Positions 45,873-56,400 of a DNA stretch of 64,000 nt are shown here, piece by piece. Each line of letters starts with the position of its first letter. The stretch's first letter is position 1. The notes under the pieces were generated by a model. It was not told where the DNA came from and ran no database searches. It saw only the letters and a list, made by a program, of their open reading frames with translations. This DNA comes from Naegleria gruberi (Eukaryota). The DNA lies in assembly GCA_000004985.1 (NCBI GenBank), contig GG738873.1; one strand, given 5' to 3'. Position numbers and translations under genes: made by a program.

Positions 45873-46987
45873 ATGAGGATTTATTGCAGCTGTTACCATT
45901 ACTTGATCTGTCTAATTTTTCTTAGTTCAATATTAAGGAGCTCAAAACTGTCATTAGTCGATTGCCAAGTGACACCCAACAAAAATTTTGTTAAAGCAAT
46001 TGATGTTGCCACTGCCATCTATACTCGTTCTGATGAATGGAGAAGAACATTGGAGGATTATAAAATCATATTCAAAGCACCCGAATGTTCATTGACTGCA
46101 AAAGATTTTCCATCCAATTTAAACTTTTCAAGAAATTACATGACAGTTTGTGGAGAAGTTGAGGCAATATATCCCTGGAAATATGTTCATCATGTTTCGG
46201 GTGAGCTACTTGTAAAAACAATCAGGGAACAATATAAACTTCCCAAACTGGATATGGTATTCCTTAATATCAATACAAGTGAGGGTTATTTCTATTCAAT
46301 GAGAAGGGCTGTCGATTCAGGTAAGTAATTATCATTATCAGCGATATTAGAAGCTCTGATTCAAGGATATTGTGACGTGGCAGTGGCTTCAACAAATTGG
46401 GATTCAGAAAGAGCCAAGGTAGTTCATTTCCAATGTAAGTTTTCCACTTCAAGTTACTAATCACCATGTCATATTATTAATAATATTAACAGGTGCATAC
46501 GCCAGTTCATATTTTGGATTTGTTCGTTCTGAGTTAGATCCACAAATTAAAGTAAGAAATGAAACTGATTTAAATAGACCTGGCTTCAATGTTGTTGTTT
46601 CGATAGGAACAATAACAGACACGTGGGCCACAAACAATCTCAAAAAAGCAAACATTATAAGGCTCACTACGTATGAGGAAGCATTTCAAATGATCCTACA
46701 GAAACAAGTTCACACCTTCATTGCTGATTCACTCGATATGTTTTTGTGGTTATCTCAAAACAGGAACAATTGCTCCACTTGCTATGGTAAGTCTCACTCG
46801 ATTAGCTGATCTGTTAACAATCTAATGATTGAAAGTAAAAGCATTTGGTGAGAATTTGCCATTGGGCTCCTTTGTATCCAACAATTTGGTTGATACATCA
46901 TTTGCCTCAACAAATCAGACAAGTATTTTCCTTCCTCTCTTCTTCATCATTCTGACCACCATAACCATTAAATTTATCACTTACTGA
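45873..46987 (+). CDS. Secreted periplasmic-binding-protein type II (SBP_bac_3 / iGluR ligand-binding-domain-like) protein, copy 1; 4 exons: 45873-46320, 46366-46434, 46493-46786, 46836-46987
   Basis: Signal peptide present. The reconstructed protein ..RRAVDSG|GYCDVAVASTNWDSERAKVVHFQ|CAYASSYFGFVRSELDPQIKV..GFNVVVSIGTITDTWATNNLKKANIIRLTTYEEAFQMILQKQVHTFIADSLDMFLWL..CY|VKAFGENLPLGSF.. follows the SBP family-3 pattern (G.vDa.ia..t.T.eR...vdFS.PY...; GT..e.y; a...L..G.vDA...D). It has a C-terminal hydrophobic tail that may be a GPI signal. Introns are 45, 58 and 49 nt. Confidence 0.6.
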
Positions 46988-47138
46988 TGTTAGTAAACAT
47001 GTTGGGCATTTAATTTTAAAATACCTCAATACTTATCTCTAAAATCCCATTAGTTTTGACAAATTTAATTAATGGTGATTGATGGCTCATACAATTGCTA
47101 TATCTTCAAACTAGCAAAAAAAAATCCCAATATACTAA

Positions 47139-48254
47139 ATGAGGGTTCATTCTAATTTCATCTATTTCGTCATCATATTTTTTCTTAGTTCATTATTAAG
47201 GAGCTCCAAACTGTCATTAGTCGATTGCCAAGTGACACCCAACAAAAATTTTGTTAAAGCAATTGATGTTGCCACTGCCATCTATACTCGTTCTGATGAA
47301 TGGAGAAGAACATTGGAGGATTATAAAATCATATTCAAAGCACCCGAATGTTCATTGACTGCAAAGGATTTCCCATCCAATTTAAATTTTTCAAGAGATT
47401 ATATGACAGTTTGTGGAGAAGTTGAGGCAGTATATCCCTGGAAACATATTCATCATGTTTCGGGTGAGCTACTTGTAAAAACAATCAGGGAACAATATAA
47501 ACTTCCCAAACTGGATATGGTATTCCTTAATATCAACACGAGTGAGGGTTATTTCTATTCACTGAGAAGAGCTGTCGATTCAGGTAAGTAATTCTCATTA
47601 TCAGAAACAACAAGCATATCTTTCCTATCAAAGGATACTGTGATGTGGTAGTGGCTTCAACAAATTGGGATTCAGAAAGAGCCAAGGCAGTTCACTTCCA
47701 ATGTAAGTTAATATAATTGTTAATTCCTCTAATTTCAATAGGTGCATACGCCAGTTCATATTTTGGATTTGTTCGTTCTGAGTTAGATCCACAAATCAAT
47801 GTAAGAAATGATACTGAAATGGACCGTGCAGGCTTCAACGTTTCTGTCTCAATAGGAACAATAACAGACAAGTGGGCCACAAACAATCTCAAAAAAGCAA
47901 ATATTATCAGGCTTAGTGGATATGAGGAAGCCTTTCAAATGATCCTGCAGAAACAAACGCACACCTTCATTGCTGATTCTCTCGATTTGTTTTTGTGGTT
48001 ATCCCAAAACAAGAACAATTGCTCCACGTGCTATGGTAAGTCTATTCAAGTACAAAACTATATTAATATTATTAAATTAATAATTAATGGTTAAATTATT
48101 AAAATTAGTAAGAGCTTTCGGAGTGAATTTTCCAATCGGTTCCTTCGTATCCAATAATCTAGTTGATACATCATCTGCCTCAACAAATCAGACAAGTATT
48201 TTCCTTCCTCTCTTTCATGTCTTGATCTACATCACTCTCATCATTTGCTTTTAA
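47139..48254 (+). CDS. Secreted PBP-II (SBP_bac_3-like) protein, copy 2 (tandem paralogue); 4 exons: 47139-47583, 47634-47702, 47742-48035, 48109-48254
   Basis: Exon 1 and its 5' flank are near-identical to copy 1, and all four intron positions are the same. Exon 4 (the C-terminal tail) has diverged. Confidence 0.6.
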
Positions 48255-48400
48255 ATCATTTTTTTAATTGAAAAGCAAAAACATTAAATTCTTCCATGTA
48301 AAAAATTGAATGAATTGTCCTTATATGTAATCATTATTACATAGATTAAGCTCTCTTCTTAATAGAATCATGATAATTGAATTTGGATTTAGTTTAAAAA

Positions 48401-49651
48401 ATGGAAAAACAAGCATTTGTGAATGTGCAAGCAAATTCACTCGAATTTCTTGCTAAATATTTGGAGGAAAACAGACAAACTCCAATGGATCATGTAATTA
48501 TTAATAATGAATTATATTCAATTATAGCATCGGGAGGAAATAGAGGGTGCACCATTTACAAAACAACTAATTTTGAAAGCAGCACCAAATGGCAATCCAC
48601 CTTGATCGGAGAATTTGAATTAATTAAAGAGAATCAATCTGATGATGATTTATCCCAAATGTATTGCCTCTCTATTGATAGGAATATTTATATAATTACC
48701 ATCTCTAATAATTCAATGAGTCGTATTCATCGAATTTCTATTCAAAAGTCTGATGAAGAGGAAAATTATGTGGAAACCTTGTTTGAGGATAGTGGTGGTG
48801 ATTTTATTGGAATTGATCCAGGGCTGATTGCAGATTCAAAGAGGAATTGTTTATATTTCATGTTTGGATTGACTGTGGCTGATTCGGCCAAGAAGAATAT
48901 TACCAGATTTGATATTAATACTGGATCTTTTTCTGTTATTGGTGAATTGGATAGGGAATTCTACTGTTTATCCTCAACATTTTGGAAAGATAGATATATA
49001 ATCTTAGTTGGAGGTCTAACAAATTTGACACCTTCATCAGATATTTTGGCTTTTGATGTTGAACAAGGAATTTGGAAGCAAATCTATAGAGCTAAATCAA
49101 TGCCAGTAATTTATCCACGATACATGTCAGGAATTACAATGGTTTCCAATAATTATGCATCTCAATTTCATCCTGAAATTCCAAAAGATTCCAATACTGA
49201 TACGATATTTATTTATGGTGGATTTTTGGATTATGAAGTGGAAGTTAGTGACCATTCAAGATTTTTCATTAGTAGACCCTCTCACGAAGTCATTCTCCAC
49301 TATTTGAAAGAAAGTGAATGGATCGATAATATGGAATCTGATTGTGAGAAGAGAATCCCAATCAGTTTGACTGATATTTGTACACCAGAAGATAGAAAAC
49401 TTGAGAAACTACACATAAGAAGAATAAAAAGTGGCATAGAGGATGACGATGCAGAAGACAGCAATGAATTCAAGATTTTACCCACTTGCACATTTTCCAC
49501 AATACTCCCTCTGAAAATTAGAGGAAGGCAGGAATTATTAATTTTCAGAAATACTGAACAAGTCTTAAAAATTCAATTATTCCACAATAATCCATTCCAC
49601 AGAGAGTCGATGAATAAGAACCCAGATGTCTCAATTCTTTTTTCAGAATGA
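48401..49651 (+). CDS. Kelch-repeat-like beta-propeller protein, hypothetical
   Basis: 416-aa ORF with Kelch-type blades (YIILVGGLTNLTPSSDILAFDVEQGIWKQI; TIFIYGGFLDYEVE). Single exon. Confidence 0.45.
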   Translation: MEKQAFVNVQANSLEFLAKYLEENRQTPMDHVIINNELYSIIASGGNRGCTIYKTTNFESSTKWQSTLIGEFELIKENQSDDDLSQMYCLSIDRNIYIITISNNSMSRIHRISIQKSDEEENYVETLFEDSGGDFIGIDPGLIADSKRNCLYFMFGLTVADSAKKNITRFDINTGSFSVIGELDREFYCLSSTFWKDRYIILVGGLTNLTPSSDILAFDVEQGIWKQIYRAKSMPVIYPRYMSGITMVSNNYASQFHPEIPKDSNTDTIFIYGGFLDYEVEVSDHSRFFISRPSHEVILHYLKESEWIDNMESDCEKRIPISLTDICTPEDRKLEKLHIRRIKSGIEDDDAEDSNEFKILPTCTFSTILPLKIRGRQELLIFRNTEQVLKIQLFHNNPFHRESMNKNPDVSILFSE

Positions 49652-49705
49652 ACATTGTACAACTTCCGTGTTGTAATGTTGGAACTAGGAAAAAGCCAAA
49701 AAAAA

Positions 49706-50719
49706 ATGTCTTTACATGATGATGATGAACCTGTTACACTTTTCCTAATTGATTTTAGATCGAGAACATTGAATTATTGTATTAATAATTGTGATTATGC
49801 CGATGCAGATGAAAATAACAACATTGCACTCATTCAACAAGAAATGGAATGGTTAAAGAAAAGCTTTAGAAAGCCAAAAACTTTATTTTCCTATCAATTC
49901 GAAAATCCTCCACGAATTTCCTTACCAGAAACTGAGCTCCGATTTGATGTTAAAATTTCATATAGATACGATTGTTTGATTGTTATTGCATCAGACATTT
50001 ATGTTTTTGATCGAAAGTCGAAATTATTGATCAATTCTTTTAAATTTGCAAATGTTGTGCTATCAACTTTGGATGATGAACATGATGAACTGTACGTCAT
50101 GATACCAGACCGAACAAATTACAAAGTTGAGAAGTATTCATTAGGACAATTTATCAGAAGCAAGGAGAAGGAGAAAGCACAACCAATTTGGTCAGTAACT
50201 GCATGCTCTAATCCGTATGGTGCTGTTGTGTTTAATGGTTTGGAGCACAGATATTTGATTATACTTGATAACTCCAGTGATGAAAGTAATTTGATAATAG
50301 TGGATTGTGAGGATGGATCCTTAATTGAAAACACAATTTTTACAGTTCCTCCGAATGGCTATTCGCTAGGAATGATCTCAAGGAAGGAAATAATTGTTGG
50401 GTGCTCAGATATTATTGGAATTTATGAAATTGATGAGAAATCATTTGGTGCCACAAGACAAGCTCTCAATTTGATAGTTTCTGCATCTATGAAGGACGCC
50501 ACAGAATTCTATTCAATTATTCATGACGAATTGAATCGAAAGATTATCCTTTCAAATGCTGATAGTAACTCAATTACAGTTATGAGGAGAGACAATTTAG
50601 AAACAGTACAAACCCATAATTGTGAGGGCTCTGTACGGGGTGTTTCAGGATTGTGTTTGGATGAATATACGGGAGAGCTTTATGTATGCTTTTCAAATGG
50701 ATTGTTAATATACAAGTAG
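49706..50719 (+). CDS. Hypothetical protein
   Basis: The track ORF starting at 49655 most likely begins at the A-run-preceded ATG 49706 (MSLHDDDEPV). This is only 54 bp after the stop of the preceding gene. No domain recognised. Confidence 0.45.
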   Translation: MSLHDDDEPVTLFLIDFRSRTLNYCINNCDYADADENNNIALIQQEMEWLKKSFRKPKTLFSYQFENPPRISLPETELRFDVKISYRYDCLIVIASDIYVFDRKSKLLINSFKFANVVLSTLDDEHDELYVMIPDRTNYKVEKYSLGQFIRSKEKEKAQPIWSVTACSNPYGAVVFNGLEHRYLIILDNSSDESNLIIVDCEDGSLIENTIFTVPPNGYSLGMISRKEIIVGCSDIIGIYEIDEKSFGATRQALNLIVSASMKDATEFYSIIHDELNRKIILSNADSNSITVMRRDNLETVQTHNCEGSVRGVSGLCLDEYTGELYVCFSNGLLIYK

Positions 50720-51162
50720 ATCAAGTTAAACCCCTTATATCTGATAATCTTTGTTTCTACATTTCCAAAATAACCTCTCCTGCATTTCTCTTTCAAATTG
50801 TTTGGGTTTCCTATTGCCATGCAAGAGACAAGGAGAAATGAACGTATTTTTCGAATTATGATCTAATTATTACAGAAAGGACATTCCATTAATTTGGCAT
50901 GAGCTGAAGAAGATGGTAAACTCTATTGTTTCATATTATTTGAATTTCGCCTCTCAGGTTGATAACGACTCCTGTTGCTGACTTTCCGATAGATGGACGC
51001 CATTTTAAAGATATTTCGAATTTGATTGATACAATCAGTTCTAGTTCGCATACTTGAGTTTACTAAGATTACAACAATTATAAAACAACAAAGGAACACA
51101 GACACTGCCTGTAGCACATCAGAAGCATGATTGATTCTCTGAGACAACATTAATAATTAGGT

Positions 51163-51411
51163 TTATGGCAAACCAGGCCAATCCTCTACATATTGGATCT
51201 TAAAATCTGGCCAATCTTCAACAATTTGAATCTTATAATCAGGCCAATCTTCAACAATTTGCCACTTTCCAACACTATCTGGCCAATCATCAACTTGTTT
51301 AACCTTGAGATCTGGCCAATCTTCAACAATTTGAACTTTGTAATCTGGCCAATCTTCTACGAATTTGATTTTGCCATAGATTTGGGCAATTTGATCTTTG
51401 GAAATGGTCAT
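51163..51411 (-). CDS. Small protein built from about 6 tandem 11-residue repeats, K[IV]Q[IV]VEDWPD[YFL]
   Basis: The 82-aa ORF reads MTISKDQIAQIYGKIKFVEDWPDYKVQIVEDWPDLKVKQVDDWPDSVGKWQIVEDWPDYKIQIVEDWPDFKIQYVEDWPGLP. It is encoded by a 33-bp tandem repeat (…ctggccaatcttcaacaatttgaa(t/c)tt(a/g)taat… on the plus strand). Strand and coding status are inferred from the ORF and the preserved amino-acid periodicity. Confidence 0.35.
   Translation of the reverse strand: MTISKDQIAQIYGKIKFVEDWPDYKVQIVEDWPDLKVKQVDDWPDSVGKWQIVEDWPDYKIQIVEDWPDFKIQYVEDWPGLP
51180..51385. repeat. 33-bp tandem repeat, about 6 units
   Basis: The unit 'aatctggccaatcttcaacaatttgaatcttat' recurs with few substitutions. It is not CRISPR-like: there are no unique spacers. 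Confidence 0.8.
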
Positions 51412-51529
51412 GATATTGATTGTGAAATTTGATCAGAGCTAAAAGCGAATGGAAATGTTATCAAGTGAACGACCTTCCACAATTTTTTTTAAGTAATTTA
51501 TTTGGAGAAATGTTTTCTGATTCAATTGT

Positions 51530-52077
51530 TTACAATGAATTTATTTTTAAAACTACCCGTGCCTGAACAATACGCCCTTGAATTGTGTATGGAAATAATC
51601 TGTCGTATCTGTTTGGAATTTTGTAAAAATCAACAACTTCCTTATCAATTTCTATTTTGGATTCATCTTCGAGTAATTCTATTGCTGATGGTCTCTTATC
51701 AACTTCCTCTTCGAGCATTAAAGGAAGAACTCTTTTGATGGTTTCATTTTCAATTTCAAGTTCGTTCAAGCATTGAACTACATTCGAATGATTTTCTAAA
51801 TTTCTTACTCGTTTTCTAGATAAAACTTCCAACATTACTAATCCTAATGAGTAAATGTCACTTTCCGGAGATTCAACAATTCTGGTTGTCATTAAATAGA
51901 TAAAAAGACTACAGCACCACAGGTTCCCAAGTTGTCTCCAACCTCAGTACTGATGTGGCTCGACGATGCTTAACTTCTCAAATCGGACGGGATGAGGTGC
52001 ATTCATCGTGATATGGCCGTAGCCATTCATAATCTTAAATTAAGGTTTATTTATCGTTTTTCAGCTTTGTGTAGACA
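51530..52077 (-). pseudogene. Protein-kinase remnant: intact C-lobe ORF (51530-51892) behind a frameshifted, decayed activation-segment region
   Basis: ORF 51530..51892 encodes only kinase subdomains VIII-XI (TTRIVESPESDIYSLGLVMLEVLS...KRPSAIELLED). Upstream, in another frame, is a degenerate DFG-like 'EVGDNLGTC' ending at a stop. The N-lobe would have to overlap the same-strand 14-3-3 gene, which starts 185 bp upstream, so the gene is truncated. Confidence 0.45.
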
Positions 52078-52999
52078 CTAATCATCATCTGGTCCAATTT
52101 CAGTTTCACTCGACCACAAAAATAAATTATCCTTCAACAATTGTAGTATCAGTACAGCATCCCTTTCATCACCATATTCATCTTGCTTTTCCAATAATTC
52201 CTCAATGTGTGTCATGGCTAGATCGAATTCTGGACGTGCAATACTAATTGCCTTTCCAACATCAAACATTATGTCAGAATAAAAATATGAATAGTTTAGA
52301 ATAAGCCCCAATCTAATAGAATTCGTGCAAGGTAAGAGATTGATCAGCTCATATGATTTTTCATAACTTTCCAAAGCTTTAGCTTTCCAATCTGAAATTC
52401 TAAATCTATAATCCACATTGTAAATATATTTGAAAAAATCTCCTTTAACTTTCCAATAAAAAACAGAATCCACCAATGACAAACTTTCCACCTTCAAAAC
52501 TTGATCAATAATCTCATTAATTTCATAACAATAGTGCTCTGTTTTTTCCTGAATTTCTTTCACAAATCTTTCACACAACCCAACTTGCCAATCTTCTCCC
52601 TTATTCTCATGTCTACTCTGCACATTCACAACACTTCTAAAAGCCTTACTATAATCATATAATACATTTTTATAGGCAACCACTAATAGAGATCGTTCCT
52701 CAATTGTGGGAATGGGTTCATGAACCGATTGAATAATTATTTCCAAGATTAAACTCTTCATTTCCGAAACCATATCTTGATCATCAATATCATCAAATAT
52801 ATCAATTATTATTATCATCATCAATTATTATTAATAATAATAATTAATAGCAATGATGATGAATTATTATTATATTGGATGTTTAAATATCATCAAACTC
52901 ACCTTCATAACGACCTGCTTGTTCACATAATTTTGCATTGAATAATTTCTCATTCCGAGAGGCAATGAAAGGTTGTTGTAATGATGGTGATAAAGACAT
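52078..52999 (-). CDS. 14-3-3 protein (divergent); 2 exons: 52999-52903, 52775-52078
   Basis: Exon 1 reads MSLSPSLQQPFIASRNEKLFNAKLCEQAGRYE and exon 2 reads DMVSEMKSL...EERSLLVVAYKNV...FYWKVKGDFFKY...NSIRLGLILNYSYFYSDIMF...LLKDNLFLWSSE. This rebuilds the 14-3-3 signature AKLAEQAERYDDM...EERNLLSVAYKN...RLGLALNFSVFYYEI...LRDNLTLWTS across a 127-nt GTGAGT..CAAG intron. Confidence 0.8.
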
Positions 53000-53433
53000 T
53001 TTTTTTATTAATATTTTGTAAAGAATTGAAATTACAATTGCAAACATTTTCAAACAATCAAGAAAAATTGTAAACAGAAAATACACATGTTAAAGTTTAG
53101 TATTGAATTACAATAATATTAAAGAATGTTACAATTTGCATCACAAAGTTTGCCATTGAAGGAATTTACTCCTTCAGCTAGTTCTATTTTACAAAATGGA
53201 ACCTCATGATTGAATTTTATTAATTTTTTAAAAGGAATCTTAAAAAGTAATTCAATAAAATTTAGTCCTTAATCTTAAAATGGAATTTCGAATAAAAAGT
53301 AAACTAAACTTTTTTCCAACAATTTTTTCTCAATAGTACCTAGGTAGTGACAATCGGAGCCTTTCACCTCCATTTATTCTAAATCTGGCATAAAACTGTT
53401 ACACTCCTGTCAAAATTCAACGTTAAAAAAAAA

Positions 53434-56400
53434 ATGTCAACAGTAACCAAAGTCAACTCTCTGTTGCTTTGGGCTCAGAATGCCACAAAAAACTACGACA
53501 ATGTAGAAATTAAAACCTTCTCATCGCCTTCGTTTGCTAATGGCTTGGGTTTTTGTGCTATTATTCATCACTTTCGTCCGGATTTAATTCCCTATGGTAA
53601 GTAGTGATGATTTTTTGTATAAACCAAGTTGTGTTGATTTTTGTGATGATTTTTTGTGTTGATTTTATTTGAAATGGTGATTTTGTGGTGTGATTGGGTG
53701 TGATTCATTTCGGATAACACTTTCGAATATGTATTGTTTCGAATACAGATACATTGACCACTTTGAATGCCAAACACAATTTAGATTTGGCTTTTAGAGT
53801 AGCAGAACATGAATTGGGATGTACACAATATTTGGAAACAGAAGATTTGTTAAATTGGTTAGTAATCAACATCATCATTGTGAAAAGTATTAACAAACTT
53901 TGGACGAAATTAATTCGAAACTTGGGGAAAAAAACAGTGCTCGACCAGAACCAAAAACCATTCAAATGCAACTCAATGAATATCGAAGAGTTTTAGGAAG
54001 TGCCAATGAAATTCATAAAAAGAATTCTGATTTTGGAGATTTAGTCAAAGATTACGAAGATGCACAATCATTGAAGAGATCGGCAACAATGCCACCAAAG
54101 AGTTTTGAAAATCCGAATACTTTATTGAATTCTTCATCGTCTTCCTCTCCTCAGGGAGCTTCATCTGCCAATTTGGGAAGCAAACTTTCAATTCAATCGA
54201 GTGGTGGCAGTTCAGATGATCCAAAGAAGGGAATTGTTGCAAGACAGAAAGAGGCCTATTTGCAAGAAACTAAACCATCGATTACCATTACGAGTAGCTC
54301 ATCTCAATTTGATCAATTAAAGAATATGGATGATGCCAAGAAGAAAATTAAAGAATTATACGAACAAGTGTCCAGTTTGAGAGATGACAGTGATAGTATT
54401 AGAAGGGAGAATAGTGATTTGAGTATGAAATTCAGGGAAGCTCAACATTTGAAAGATGAAACTGAATTGGTATTTAAACAACAAAATGAAAATCTCAAAA
54501 AGAAAATTTCACAACAACGTCAAGAAATTGAGGACGAGAAAAATTCCAAACTCTCACTGGAAACATCAATTACCAAATTGAAACAAGAATTGGAAACTTT
54601 GAAAAAGGAAAGCACTGAATACAAGAAGAAGATTGAAACTTTGGAAAAGTTACAAGAATCTAATAAGGAAAGTTCTAAATCTGCTTCAACTGATCTTCAA
54701 AAACAAGTTGCCGAGCTCAATAATCTACTCAAACAAAAGGAACGTGTCATTTCTCAATTCGAAACTGAAAAAATTTCAACTTTCAAGGATTTACAAAACA
54801 AACTTGCTGAAAAGGAAAAGGATATTCAAAGTTTGAAGAATTCTCTTAAAAACCTAACAGAGGAAGCTGAAAAGACTAAGATTGAAAAGGAATCTTTAAT
54901 GAGTGAAATGAGTCAACAAGAAGGACTTTCTGGTGAGCTCAGCAAATTACAAGACTCACTGAAACAAATTACAATGGATAAACAAATTGCCGAAAGAAAA
55001 GCTCAAGACGTTGAAATGCAAAGAAATGATATTACCCAAAAACTCACTCAAGTACAAAAAGAACTTGAAGACTCCAAAAAGAACCTTTCTACCAAGTTGA
55101 CCGAATCTCAAAAATTAGAACAAGAATCAAAGAGTTTGAAAGAGCAAAATTCAAAACTCTCTCAAGAAATTTCAGAAAAAAACAAGTTACTCGAAAAGGA
55201 AAAACTCAATTTGAAGGAAGGTAACGAAAAGGTTCTCACTGAAAAACAAAAACTTGAAAAGGAAGTTGAAGATTTGAAAAAGCAAATTGCCAAATATATT
55301 GAAACTTCAAAGGAATTGGATAAGGCCAACAATGAAACCAAGAAATTCAGTGATATGGTCAACAAGCTCACCACCGAAGTTTCCACACTAAAGAAGGAAA
55401 AGGAAACTCTCAAATCAGAAAAGGAAAATGTTGAGCTCTCAATGAAACGTCAAGCAACTGAACTAGAGGAAAAGTATCAAGAAAAAATCGATCAATTTTT
55501 GGAAAAGAACAAAATGTCCTCAAAACAACAACAATCAGTTCTTGATTTACAAATTGAAGATCTCAGAGATCGTATTGAAGACCTCAAGAGAGAGAAACAA
55601 CTCGTTAAAGATGAGCTTAATCAAGTAGAAAGTGCCAAGAATCATGAGATTACAGAATATAAGAACAAGATTAGTCAACTTGAATCAGATCTCTCTAAAA
55701 AGTCCTCTGTCTCTCCATCCGTTGCCAATTTACCACAACTCATCGAACAAGAAAGAAAGGAAAGATTTGTTTTGGATCAATCCATTCTCTGTTTTGAAAA
55801 TTGCACATTCTCTAACCAAATTCCAACACCAGTCAAGTCCATCTATCATGCTCTCAATTTCTGGTTAGAATCTAGTGAAACATTTGGAGTCAATCTTGTC
55901 AATTCTCTCAGTTACAAGTTTGGTTCTTACATTACCTATGATTTACAAAAATCTGCTTACTGGCTCAATGTCATGATTAGAATTTTACACTTGTTGAAGA
56001 ATGAATCAGAATATGAAAAGAAGATCAAGTCCATTCTCAAGAATAACATTAACGAAAAGCAATTTACTGCCCTCACCACTAACGAATCAATTACAAAGAA
56101 ATCAGAATTCCTTGTACTTTCTCATTTCTCACTTTCTAATGATGGAAAAGTTCAACAACCATCCATTGACAAGTTTTTAATTTCTCTCTCACAACTCATT
56201 TATGATTCCTATTTTGAAATTATTAAGAGTATGCTCTTGAAGGCCAAACCTTTGATTTTAGAGAAATTGTTTGGTGTTACAAAGAATAATCCAACTCCAA
56301 CCTTAGGTAAAGTTAGTGGAGATGTCAAGATTGATGTAATTGTAAAGAATATGGCTTCATGGATGGATCAAATTAAGGATAGTTATTTGGATGCTCGTTT

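Larger units (their letters stand above)
45790..48260 (+). repeat. Direct tandem duplication of about 1.27 kb, covering gene plus 5' flank, that produced the two PBP-II genes
   Basis: Shared upstream motif 'attaatggtgattgatg' at ~45800 and ~47070. Exon-1 nucleotide sequences are near-identical, and the intron positions are conserved. Intron sequences and the last exon differ. Confidence 0.7.

Noticed and set aside
50923-51150. 75-aa minus-strand ORF with one hydrophobic segment
   Set aside because: It starts 13 nt after the stop of the repeat-protein ORF. It has no motif or conservation cue and is likely 3' UTR.
51180-51385. Possible CRISPR array
   Set aside because: The 33-bp units are directly adjacent with no spacers, the context is eukaryotic, and the peptide period is preserved. 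It is a coding tandem repeat.
52883-53086. 67-aa ORF beginning MYFLFTIFLDCL
   Set aside because: Only its last 32 codons (from MSLSPSLQQ..) are the real exon 1 of the 14-3-3 gene. The upstream part is 5' leader.
53900-53996. Track ORF start 'MDEINSKL' at 53900 and ORF 53754..53996
   Set aside because: These are internal exon or intron read-through of the CH-coiled-coil gene. A stop lies in frame just upstream, and the spliced model (donor 53858, acceptor 53937) gives a continuous CH domain.
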